Source: an uncultured archaeon
GTDB lineage: Archaea > Asgardarchaeota > Thorarchaeia > Thorarchaeales > Thorarchaeaceae
Assembly (NCBI GenBank): GCA_964473825.1
Contig: CAYYQL010000002.1
Span: 32,001-96,000 of the forward strand
Direction of reading: 5' to 3'
DNA length: 64,000 nt
Shown here piece after piece: positions 50,112 through 59,044 of the stretch. Each line of letters begins with the position of its first letter. Positions within the stretch are counted from its first letter, which is position 1. The position numbers and the translations under genes were made by a program. The notes beneath the pieces were generated by a model. The model saw nothing but the letters and a program-made list of their open reading frames with translations. It made no database searches and had not been told where the DNA came from.

Positions 50112-51359
50112 GTGGCAGAGGGGATGAAACTTATGGATGTCGAGAAGCTTCTAAGAAAAGGTGAGTCTCAAGAGGTTGAATTCAGAATTAAGTACGACAA
50201 GTCGCGAGAGGGGCGAAGGAACTTGGCCGACATAGTTGCTGCCTTTGCAAATACTGATGGTGGGACCATCATCTTCGGGGTTGAGGACAGTGGTGAGGTC
50301 GTTGGTTTGCCGCTATCCGACATTGATCTTTCACAAATCAAGAACCATATCGAATCATTTCTTGATCCCGTTCCTGAAATCCGATTCAGATTTGAAACGT
50401 TTGAGAAAAAACGGCTTGGAATTATCGAAGTCGACAAATCGAAACAGACTATTACATCTCGAGGTGGCAAACCACCGATACGAAGAGGGACAGCCACGGT
50501 ATACAAGGACGTAGAATACATCTACAAATCACAGAGGGAGGCGCAAAGACGTGCTATGTTCATCATGGTTGCCATCACATCAGTACTGATGGCTCTTGCT
50601 CTAGGTTTGATAGAAACGATTCTTGTCGGAGTATCAATCCGTTTCTTAATGACTATTATGATGTTCACCGTGGGCTTTCTACTACCCCTTGGCTACTCTT
50701 TGATTAAGGCTGAAACGAAATACTCAGCTGAAGCCTCAAGAACTAGAATCCATGCCTTTCTAGGGAAATCAGCACCGCTCGTTGCCATGTTTATTGTGAT
50801 TCTTGAGTTTGCTATTGCATATGTGTGGCTGTCATTTGGCATGAGCCAGCTTGGGTTTCTAACACTATCAAATCTAGCGATGTATCTTATTCTGGGCGCG
50901 ATTGACTTGGTTCCATCGAACAGACTGGCCCAGTGGTCTGGCCTGTTTTTAATTGCCATTCTAGCAGGATTCAGCCTAGCGACAATGCAAGATGCAGAAA
51001 CTCTTCCTAGCATCGTTGTTGAGCTGAGCGGTGTCTTTGTTGGCCTTCTTGGTGCGTTCTCACTGGGCGAAACTTGGAAGGAGATTGAGAACAGAAGAAG
51101 GGGTCGAGATTTAGAGCTACTACTAATCGAGGAGTTAGACTCGATTCAAAACTCCATTCTCCAGAATACGAACCAATCGTTACAATATCCCATATGGGAT
51201 GCAATAACCTCAGGAGGTGACCTGCTATCTATTCGCGGGGTTATGGTGACGAAACTGAGTAGAGCGTATCAAGCCATATCAACATACATCTCTCAGCCGA
51301 CGAGAGAGAACAAGAACACAGTCTTGAACCTGATCTCCGATTTGACCAGATCCAATTAG
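50112..51359 (+). CDS. Schlafen/AlbA_2 domain fused to a multi-pass membrane domain
   Basis: GESQEVEFR, AAFANTDGGTIIFGVED, IRRGTAT, followed by ~6 TM helices. Confidence 0.85.
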   Translation: MAEGMKLMDVEKLLRKGESQEVEFRIKYDKSREGRRNLADIVAAFANTDGGTIIFGVEDSGEVVGLPLSDIDLSQIKNHIESFLDPVPEIRFRFETFEKKRLGIIEVDKSKQTITSRGGKPPIRRGTATVYKDVEYIYKSQREAQRRAMFIMVAITSVLMALALGLIETILVGVSIRFLMTIMMFTVGFLLPLGYSLIKAETKYSAEASRTRIHAFLGKSAPLVAMFIVILEFAIAYVWLSFGMSQLGFLTLSNLAMYLILGAIDLVPSNRLAQWSGLFLIAILAGFSLATMQDAETLPSIVVELSGVFVGLLGAFSLGETWKEIENRRRGRDLELLLIEELDSIQNSILQNTNQSLQYPIWDAITSGGDLLSIRGVMVTKLSRAYQAISTYISQPTRENKNTVLNLISDLTRSN

Positions 51360-51527
51360 TCCACTAACGAAATAGTCAGAAACCTCATTCTCTTACCCAT
51401 TCAACTAATACTTCCTAGGCCATCCTTATCTTCTCCTTTACCGTTTATGTCTTGAAGTCTACTGAGGAGTTGAATCTCATCACTGGTGTTGCTTATATGA
51501 CTCCCTTCCATATCATAAGCGGTCAGA

Positions 51528-51965
51528 ATGGTCGACGAAGATTCACAGGGCGAATCAACGAATATGCGTAACAATATCGCGGTTGCTATGGCAATTCTAT
51601 CTGGTCTAGGATCAATCGGTTCTCTTATCTTGAATCTCTTGGATGCCTCGGGCTCCGTGGGTGCCGCGGCTCTTTGGTTCCAAGCATTCGCAGTACTTAC
51701 AATCCTCCTTGCAGTTGCGTTCATGAGTATGGAATGGGACCTGAGGAGAAACAAATGGCCGGGAATAGAAGAAAGGTACATGCAGTCAGACCTGCTTACC
51801 ACCGTTCCTCATCCCGAATCCACTCCTCAAGCCCTTCACCGAATGCGTATCGAAACGCTTAGAAAAAGAAAGAGGTTGGCTTTGGCAGAAGGGAAACAAC
51901 AACTTGCTGATCAGTATCAATCTGAAATAGATGAGGCAAAGAAGCATCTCAATCACGATGAATAG
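51528..51965 (+). CDS. Small 2-TM membrane protein
   Basis: Two hydrophobic helices plus a helical C-terminal tail. Confidence 0.6.
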   Translation: MVDEDSQGESTNMRNNIAVAMAILSGLGSIGSLILNLLDASGSVGAAALWFQAFAVLTILLAVAFMSMEWDLRRNKWPGIEERYMQSDLLTTVPHPESTPQALHRMRIETLRKRKRLALAEGKQQLADQYQSEIDEAKKHLNHDE

Positions 51966-52007
51966 CAATAGGCCTAGCGATAGGCTATTGACTTGTAGAA
52001 GTTTGCT

Positions 52008-53624
52008 TCATTTCTGCAACTTCTGGTTTTTGATTGTACTGAACAAATCTGAACTCCATGCAAAGATGATGAGGTCCGAGGTTATGTACGAGAATCTGAA
52101 CCTTATTAGAAAATCATAGTTACCCATGAAAGCAAGAAAGCCCATGATAGAAAAGATAGTGTATATTGCTACAATCCACACAATGCAACGCTTCCTTGAG
52201 AATAGTTTATTCCATTTCGATAAATCGGTCATCTCTCTACGAAACTTCTTTCTGAAATGTGGTAAGGCTAAAGCCTGTGTGAAACCACTGTTGTAGAATG
52301 TTACTGTTGAAATGAGATAAACTGTTTCTGCACCAATGAAGTTCGCAAGTGAAAGCATAATTATGCCAACAAGTAAACCTTTGATAAACATAGGATACAG
52401 CACAAATTGCATTGCTGCGTTGGCCGCTTCACTGTTTGCTTGCTTGACTATAGGCCTTGGAATCCCTGATGGAATAGGTTCTAGACGGATGTGCAGTTCA
52501 TATAGTCCCCACCAAATCAAGACTGCATCTGCAAGAAACAGTATCAGGGAACTGATGATGTCACCAGTTCTCAGGTAAAAAATGGTTTCAAAGCAGAAAA
52601 ACCAACTGATGGCCAGCAACGAGTAGCCCAAATAGTTTCTGAACCTTCTTTCTTTCTTCTTCTTTTTCTTGGCCAGACGGCTTCTGAGCTCAGCCACCGC
52701 TTTTCTAAGATCTATTCCGTGGGATTCTTCATAATGAATCAGCAGTGCACTTGGTTTGGGGAGTGTAAGATGTGCACATCTTGGATTAGGGCACCCTAGA
52801 TACTCTCCCTTTCTCCACTGTGCATAGCGGTAAAGGATTGCTGTCGATACCAAGGATATTGTGCCTATCGCAAGACCCATGAAGACATCCGATGAAGGAA
52901 CCAGAGAAAGAATCAGCTCAACAAGATACAGAATGGCCGCAACAAGAAGGCCTGCTATTGGGACCAAGAGAGTCCATAGACCATCCCAGTTGATTAGTTT
53001 ACCCGCTAGGGATTCCACTGATGGGAGATAAAGCCAGAATGGTTTGGTCCACACAACGAAGAAGAGATCCACCAAAACTGCCATCGTGATAACTACGAAG
53101 AGGATAAGCATGTATGTAAGAAGTAGATTGAGCTGCCAAGCGTAAGCAACAAACACAAGGCCGCCTAAGTAAATGAGCGAAACCAAGCCGAAGACTGTGA
53201 AACGATAATTCCCCATTCTTTCATCTATTAGGAAGGAATCTCTTCTGACTATCCTCTCCCTGAGTTTGTCCAGTTGTGTGTCAACGGCACGCTTTCCCTT
53301 TTGGGTCACGTCCATTATCTTTGAACTGGTATTGCCCAGCACCTTTTCCCTTTCTGAGCTGCTGCAAAAATCGTCAATTGCAGATAGGATGTCATTCGAT
53401 AGTCTTTCAAGGAAACGAGCTAGCTTCGAATTCGTCCGAACCCCTCTCAGCTGAACACACTGGACGCGTATCCCGTCTAGAATGCTTGCTTCTTCCTCTG
53501 AAGATACTGAGGGATTGGAGATTAGTTCCTTCGTTTTGGATTCTACAGTTAGGAGTGACTTATAGGCTCCCCTTAGCTCAACTCGTTCATCATGTTGTGG
53601 ATCGGAAACATGGCTTTCTCCCAA
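52008..53624 (-). CDS. Polytopic membrane protein with internal C2H2-like zinc finger
   Basis: Helical N-terminus, many TM helices, CPNPRC-x13-HYEESH, KKKKKKERR. Confidence 0.65.
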   Translation of the reverse strand: MGESHVSDPQHDERVELRGAYKSLLTVESKTKELISNPSVSSEEEASILDGIRVQCVQLRGVRTNSKLARFLERLSNDILSAIDDFCSSSEREKVLGNTSSKIMDVTQKGKRAVDTQLDKLRERIVRRDSFLIDERMGNYRFTVFGLVSLIYLGGLVFVAYAWQLNLLLTYMLILFVVITMAVLVDLFFVVWTKPFWLYLPSVESLAGKLINWDGLWTLLVPIAGLLVAAILYLVELILSLVPSSDVFMGLAIGTISLVSTAILYRYAQWRKGEYLGCPNPRCAHLTLPKPSALLIHYEESHGIDLRKAVAELRSRLAKKKKKKERRFRNYLGYSLLAISWFFCFETIFYLRTGDIISSLILFLADAVLIWWGLYELHIRLEPIPSGIPRPIVKQANSEAANAAMQFVLYPMFIKGLLVGIIMLSLANFIGAETVYLISTVTFYNSGFTQALALPHFRKKFRREMTDLSKWNKLFSRKRCIVWIVAIYTIFSIMGFLAFMGNYDFLIRFRFSYITSDLIIFAWSSDLFSTIKNQKLQK

Positions 53625-53935
53625 TTACATCCGTCCCATAGGCTCAAACAGGCATCATTCTGTTTTATGGAGATTGCGGTGCCTACTCTGCATTGTGTCG
53701 GTCGGATAGGGCCATTCACCATAGCAAGTCACGTGATATTTTGGAGTCGAATGTCTGCCGATAGACTTGGAGCCGCTAACGATACCTTGTCTTCTTAGAT
53801 GATGGAAAATCACCTTCAGAATTTGTCCAGACTGCATCATCCTTGACAGAAGGGGCACACCAACAATGATGATTGCCGCCCGACTCAGAACGGCTGGTAA
53901 GGCGAGAGCTGTGCAGTGAGTGAGAACGAGGATGT

Positions 53936-54919
53936 CTACTCGAATCTACTATACAGCCGCGAGACCATCTCCTCGGCCTCGCCCATAATCCTATCAATTA
54001 ACTCTTTGACGGTGGGGACATCCCTGACCAGGCCCACACCCTGACCGCAACTCACGACTCCCAGGTCGGTATCTCCCTCATCGTACATCTTCTGTGCCTT
54101 GGTGCCAGCGGCGGCCTGCACGAGGCTGAATAACGACGCGCCCTCAGCCTCTAGTTCGAGGACCTTCTGCGCAGCCTCGTTGTTCCATATCCGATGGGTG
54201 TTTCCGATGGAACGCAAGGCGAGGACTGTATCGGTCTCCTTCGCCTCCACAAAGGCCTGCTTGAGATTGTCGTGGATGGGGCACTCCTTTGTTGCCATCA
54301 TCCTTGTACCCATGATCACTCCTTCAGCACCCAGTGCCAACGCCGCCGCGACCCCTCTGCCGTCTGCTATGCCACCCCCGGCAATCACAGGGATGTCCAG
54401 AGCATCAACTACTGATGGCGTCATCACCATCGTGCCGATATCCAGCTTCCCAGTGGCTCCCCCGTTCTCGTATCCAACAACCGTGACCATGTCTGCACCT
54501 AGAGAGGCTCCCTTCAACGCGTATCTAACTCCGGCACACTTGTGGATCCAGGTGGCACCGCCATCCTTGAACTTGGGAACGAGGTCCTCTGGAGCCTTGT
54601 GGCCGCTGGTTTCGATGATCTCGACGCCCTCATCCAGAGTGGCATCTACGTAGTCCTCCAGCTTGTCTTGAGGCATTAGAGCGGGAAACAGGTTGATATT
54701 CACTGCAAATGGTTGGTCGGTGAGAGACTGGGTCTTTCTTATGGCATCACGCAGCTTGTCAGGAGAGTCATAGTTCGCACTGGCAAGCACTGCGCAGGCA
54801 CCAGCATTGCTCGCAGCGGCAACGAATTCAGGATTCGTGATCCTTGCCATGGCCCCCACGACGAGCGGATACTTGCATCCCAGCATTTCGGTCACTCGCG
54901 TCTCTATCATATGGCTCAC
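53936..54919 (-). CDS. Nitronate monooxygenase / FabK-like flavoprotein
   Basis: TDQPFAVN, IPVIAGGGIADGRG, MGTR, CGQGVG. Confidence 0.9.
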   Translation of the reverse strand: MSHMIETRVTEMLGCKYPLVVGAMARITNPEFVAAASNAGACAVLASANYDSPDKLRDAIRKTQSLTDQPFAVNINLFPALMPQDKLEDYVDATLDEGVEIIETSGHKAPEDLVPKFKDGGATWIHKCAGVRYALKGASLGADMVTVVGYENGGATGKLDIGTMVMTPSVVDALDIPVIAGGGIADGRGVAAALALGAEGVIMGTRMMATKECPIHDNLKQAFVEAKETDTVLALRSIGNTHRIWNNEAAQKVLELEAEGASLFSLVQAAAGTKAQKMYDEGDTDLGVVSCGQGVGLVRDVPTVKELIDRIMGEAEEMVSRLYSRFE

Positions 54920-55108
54920 TCACTCTTTTCTTATGGACTTCTGACCAGATTATCACAGATAAACTACATCATCAGTTCGTAAATCAATGGGATTCATGCC
55001 TCCTGCTCCTCAAGAGAGGGCGCCCTCATTAACTAGTATCGAATCGGTTGTGTCGTAAGTCATATAACGAAGGCGGGGCATGCGACATGTCGTACACAGA
55101 CTCTACTG

Positions 55109-56446
55109 TTGGGAGTGTCCAATGTGAGCAAGCACAAGAAGCGGTATGATGAGATTTTCGATCTTTTGGAGAAGCATGACAACTGGATGAGTAACACTAT
55201 CAACCTCATAGCCTCAGAGAACGTGAGTTCGCCGGCAGTTCGGTCTGCCATAGTGAGCGATTTTCGTGACCGATATGCAGAGGGCTGGCCGGGTGAGCGA
55301 GTCTATGCGGGTTGTGTCTACATAGATGAGGTTGAGAAGCTCTGCATCGAGATGGCAAAGGACCTTTTCAATGCCGAATTCGCTGATGTTCGGGCAATAT
55401 CAGGTGTCGTTGCCAACCTGATGATGTATACTGCCTTCATGGATCCCCTTGATAGGATGATGGCACTCTCTATCGCTCATGGTGGGCACATCTCACATGC
55501 GCGTTCGAGTCTGGGGGGAACGGCGGGAGCAATACGCGGACACAAGGTCAGGACGTGGGACTTTGATGAGGAAGAGTTCAACATAGACGTTGACGCCAGC
55601 AAGAAACAGATCCGCGACCTGTTCGACAGCGGCAATGAAGTGAAATTCCTGCTGTTCGGCGGAAGCGTGTTCTTGTTTCCACACCCCGTCAAAGAGTTCC
55701 GAGAGATTGCTGATGAGTATTCCATGAAGATTGGGTATGACTCCGCTCACGTTGCGGGGTTGATTGCAGGCGGGAAATTCCAAGATCCGTTCGCGGACGG
55801 CGCTGATGTGGTCACCGCGTCTACTCATAAGACGCTTCCTGGGCCGCAAAAAGGATGCACACTTGCGCGTATGGAATACGCCGATGCAATCAAACGCGCA
55901 GCTTTTCCAGGCCTGATGAGCAATCATCATCTCCACAACGTCGCGGGATTGGCCGTGGCTCTTGCAGAGATGGCCGAGTTTGGCGAGGAGTATTCTACAC
56001 AGATCATCAAGAACGCGAAGGCCCTAGCCCAATCCCTGCATGACAGAGGATGGGAGGTCGTTGCAGAACACAAGGGTTTCACCGAGTCGCACATCGTTCT
56101 AGTAGAGGTGTCCGAAACCCCTATGAAGAATGGGCGAAAGGTGGAGGAAGAGCTCGAGAAGGCCAATATCATCATCAATCGTAACCTCCTGCCCTGGGAC
56201 AAGAAAGAGGGCCGCGACTACCGCAAGCCTGGCGGTATCAGGTTGGGCACCAGCGAGATGACCCGCTTGGGCATGAAGGAGTCCGAGATGGACCACATAG
56301 CAGAGCTCATGACGCGGGTGGTCATGAAGGGCGAGGATGTCGAGAAGATATCTGATGAGGTAAGCACCTTCCGTGAGGACTATCAGCATGTCCACTACGC
56401 CTTCGACACGGAGACCGAGGCCTACAAACATCTCAGATTTAAGTAG
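55109..56446 (+). CDS. glyA: Serine hydroxymethyltransferase
   Basis: LIASEN, YAEG, GGHISH, STHKTLPGP, GIRLGT. Confidence 0.96.
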   Translation: MGVSNVSKHKKRYDEIFDLLEKHDNWMSNTINLIASENVSSPAVRSAIVSDFRDRYAEGWPGERVYAGCVYIDEVEKLCIEMAKDLFNAEFADVRAISGVVANLMMYTAFMDPLDRMMALSIAHGGHISHARSSLGGTAGAIRGHKVRTWDFDEEEFNIDVDASKKQIRDLFDSGNEVKFLLFGGSVFLFPHPVKEFREIADEYSMKIGYDSAHVAGLIAGGKFQDPFADGADVVTASTHKTLPGPQKGCTLARMEYADAIKRAAFPGLMSNHHLHNVAGLAVALAEMAEFGEEYSTQIIKNAKALAQSLHDRGWEVVAEHKGFTESHIVLVEVSETPMKNGRKVEEELEKANIIINRNLLPWDKKEGRDYRKPGGIRLGTSEMTRLGMKESEMDHIAELMTRVVMKGEDVEKISDEVSTFREDYQHVHYAFDTETEAYKHLRFK

Positions 56447-56477
56447 AGAGGGCATTAGTCCCTCTTGAGGAGTCTTC

Positions 56478-56774
56478 ATGGACATAGCGGAAGCTCAGAA
56501 GATGATGCGCCGAATCTATCTTGAAAGAGATAGACAGCGCGGTGTCGAACGGACAGTTCTACGAACGTACGAAGAGCTTGCTGAGCTAAGTGAAGCAATC
56601 CGGGGAGCCGGGGTCCGAGATGAAATAGAAAGTGAATTTGGAGATGTATTTGCCTGGCTCTGTTCCCTTGCAAATCTCTTGGATGTTGACCTTGAGAAGG
56701 CACTGGTCAACAAGTACAATCATGTCTGTTCTAGGTGTGGGAAGGCCCCGTGTGAGTGTATCGATACTCCGTAG
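56478..56774 (+). CDS. MazG-like nucleotide pyrophosphohydrolase
   Basis: EELAEL...EFGDVFAWL, C-terminal CSRCGKAPCEC. Confidence 0.85.
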   Translation: MDIAEAQKMMRRIYLERDRQRGVERTVLRTYEELAELSEAIRGAGVRDEIESEFGDVFAWLCSLANLLDVDLEKALVNKYNHVCSRCGKAPCECIDTP

Positions 56775-56892
56775 AACGGAGAGAAAACCACACTAGCGTC
56801 AGTCCTCCACGACAGCTTCTCTCCGAGATGGTAACAAAGGGTTTTTATCCATATCAGAGTCCGGAGAGGCAACGCTAGGAGACAGACAGGCA

Positions 56893-57087
56893 ATGCCAAA
56901 GACTGCCAAGAAACGTCGGAAGAAGAAAGGAAAGGGCGAAACCCCGGTCACTGGTGGTGCCGGCCTGATCAGATTCTTCGAAGATGAAACACCCGGGATC
57001 AAGGTTGGACCCACGCTAGTGGTAGTCTTCGCGGCAGTTCTGCTCATTGTCGTCATAATTGCACATCTGAACATCCTGTCGTTTTAG
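56893..57087 (+). CDS. secG: Preprotein translocase Sec61beta subunit
   Basis: GAGLIRFFEDETPGIKVGP plus one C-terminal TM helix. Confidence 0.9.
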   Translation: MPKTAKKRRKKKGKGETPVTGGAGLIRFFEDETPGIKVGPTLVVVFAAVLLIVVIIAHLNILSF

Positions 57088-57154
57088 GCAGCTGGTGCTA
57101 CTTCCTAACGGTTATAAAGCGCGGGAATGCCAAACGCAGACCAGAATCTGGTGA

Positions 57155-57442
57155 TTGGAAATGAATATCAAGAGTGAGCTTCGAAAGCATTGTCCACGGT
57201 GCAATACGCATACTATGCATAAGGTCAGCATATACAAGAAAGGACAGACCAGACCTCGAGCTGCGGGTAGCCGACGAATGAAAAGGAAGACTAAGGGCTA
57301 CGGGTCATTTCCAAAACCAATCCAGAAGCGATTCGCCAAGACCACGAAGAAAACCATGCTTCAGTATGAATGCAAGGAGTGTGGCCACATGTTCCAAAGC
57401 GATGGAATACGCCTGAAGAAGGTCGAAATTCAACGCGTCTAG
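57155..57442 (+). CDS. rpl44e: 50S ribosomal protein L44e (eL42)
   Basis: CPRCNTHTMHKV, KGYG, AKTTKK, CKEC. Confidence 0.95.
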   Translation: MEMNIKSELRKHCPRCNTHTMHKVSIYKKGQTRPRAAGSRRMKRKTKGYGSFPKPIQKRFAKTTKKTMLQYECKECGHMFQSDGIRLKKVEIQRV

Positions 57443-57788
57443 AATGAAGGTGTCTCATAGTTTCACCTCTGGTAGTTCGCTCATCATGAATTGCACGGAG
57501 TGCGATTTTGATTACAAGAGATTGGTATTGCCATCAGAACGGTAACACGTTAGTCCTGTGGGGCGTAGTTTCTGAAATGCATACTCTATTTCGAGTCGTT
57601 GCGCTGAGGAAGAAGAGATTTCGTCAGTCCGCTGGTAAGTTATGGTGACTGGTGTTCAAGTTTTACATTGCTGGCTGCAACCTATGTCGATACAGTTATA
57701 ATGCGAGTCATCGCCGACGATACGAAGTCCCTCCGGGATGCTCTTCTGCTATCCAAGCAGGTTTACAACGCAGTCTAATGCGGTGATG

Positions 57789-57992
57789 ATGTTGAGTAAG
57801 AAAGAAGTAGTCCAGCAACCAAGCTCGCGATTTATCCGAATCAAGTGTCTTGAATGCGAACACGAGCAGATTATATTTGGAAGTGCCTCGACTGAGGTCA
57901 AGTGTGTTGAATGTGAAAGAGTGCTTGCCAAGCCATCAGGCGGAAAAGCGAAGCTAGAACCGATTGCAAGAGAACTCGAGATTCTTCCGTAG
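57789..57992 (+). CDS. rps27e: 30S ribosomal protein S27e
   Basis: PSSRFIRIKCLEC...CVEC...PSGGKA. Confidence 0.95.
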   Translation: MLSKKEVVQQPSSRFIRIKCLECEHEQIIFGSASTEVKCVECERVLAKPSGGKAKLEPIARELEILP

Positions 57993-58030
57993 AATTGGGG
58001 TTCTGATTCATTGAAGGAGGATAGATTCTC

Positions 58031-58825
58031 ATGGTCTTGAAGCGTACCGAGTGGCCCGAACCGGATGAGTATGTTGTGGCGGTGGCGTCCAAAGTTGCGC
58101 CTTATGGTGCGTATGTGACTCTCCCAGAATATGGGGACAAAGAGGGGTTCATACACATCTCAGAAGTCAGTAGTACGTGGGTTAGGAACATACGGAACCA
58201 TATCCATGAGAACCAAAGGATAGTTGTGAAGGTACTTCAGGTTGACAGGTCAAAGGGCCATATTGATTGTTCATTGAGAAGAGTTTCCAGTGAGGCAAAA
58301 CGAGCCAAGAATACCGAGTGGAAACGTACGCAGAAGGCGGAGAAGTTCTTAGAACTGATTGCACATGAAAATGACACAGACCTCGAAGATATTTATGAGA
58401 AGGTTGGTTGGGCTCTAGAGGAGCACTTCGGGGAGATCTACAAGGGTCTTGAGGCCGCAGCAGATTTGGGCTATGAGGCGCTCAAAGATGTTGATGCTCC
58501 AAAAGATTTGCTGAAGCAGATTGCTGAAAATGCTGAGGCGCGTATTGAGATTCCTTCTGTAGAAGTTGACGGTGAGTTGAAGATACAGGTACCGGGGTCA
58601 GAAGGTGTCGAAGTGATTAAGTCAGCCCTGACGAAGGGACTTGATATCGGGAAGGCTGACGAGAAGTCTGAAGTAGAGATATACACTCTAGGTGCACCAA
58701 GATACAAACTCTCGATTATTAGTCCCGACTACAGAGAGGCGGAAGAGTTGCTCTCCGAGATTGTTCAAAGTGTCAGAGCTACTATTGAGAAAGCTGAGGG
58801 TGTCTTTGAGTTCAAAAGAAAATAG
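58031..58825 (+). CDS. eif2a: Translation initiation factor aIF2 alpha
   Basis: S1 domain YGAYVTLPEY...GFIHISEVSSTWVRNI; GAPRY. Confidence 0.95.
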   Translation: MVLKRTEWPEPDEYVVAVASKVAPYGAYVTLPEYGDKEGFIHISEVSSTWVRNIRNHIHENQRIVVKVLQVDRSKGHIDCSLRRVSSEAKRAKNTEWKRTQKAEKFLELIAHENDTDLEDIYEKVGWALEEHFGEIYKGLEAAADLGYEALKDVDAPKDLLKQIAENAEARIEIPSVEVDGELKIQVPGSEGVEVIKSALTKGLDIGKADEKSEVEIYTLGAPRYKLSIISPDYREAEELLSEIVQSVRATIEKAEGVFEFKRK

Positions 58826-58834
58826 GTTGTGAGT

Positions 58835-59005
58835 ATGCCATATATTTTCAAGTGTTCAGAGTGCGGCGAGTACACTCTCGAACGAAACAGATGCCCAAGA
58901 TGTGATGGGCTTGTCAAGACCCCACATCCACCACGATTCAGCCCAGTGGACAAATACGGCGAATACCGTAGAAAGGCAAAGCGAAAACAACGCGACGAAG
59001 AATAG
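58835..59005 (+). CDS. nop10: H/ACA RNP protein Nop10 (56 aa, below the ORF-track cutoff)
   Basis: Hand translation MPYIFKCSECGEYTL...CPRCDG...PHPPRFSPVDKYGEYRR; usual position after aIF2alpha. Confidence 0.92.
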   Translation: MPYIFKCSECGEYTLERNRCPRCDGLVKTPHPPRFSPVDKYGEYRRKAKRKQRDEE

Positions 59006-59044
59006 AAAGGGGGCGATTGGTTCTACCAATCACCCGGAGTGTTC

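Noticed and set aside
35400-53930. attL/attR-bounded integrative element or provirus
   Set aside because: No second copy of the tRNA-Lys 3' end, integrase or viral structural gene was found by eye.
57443-57785. Unusually long rpl44e-rps27e spacer as a possible ncRNA
   Set aside because: No convincing C/D or H/ACA boxes, stable structure or ORF could be identified by eye.
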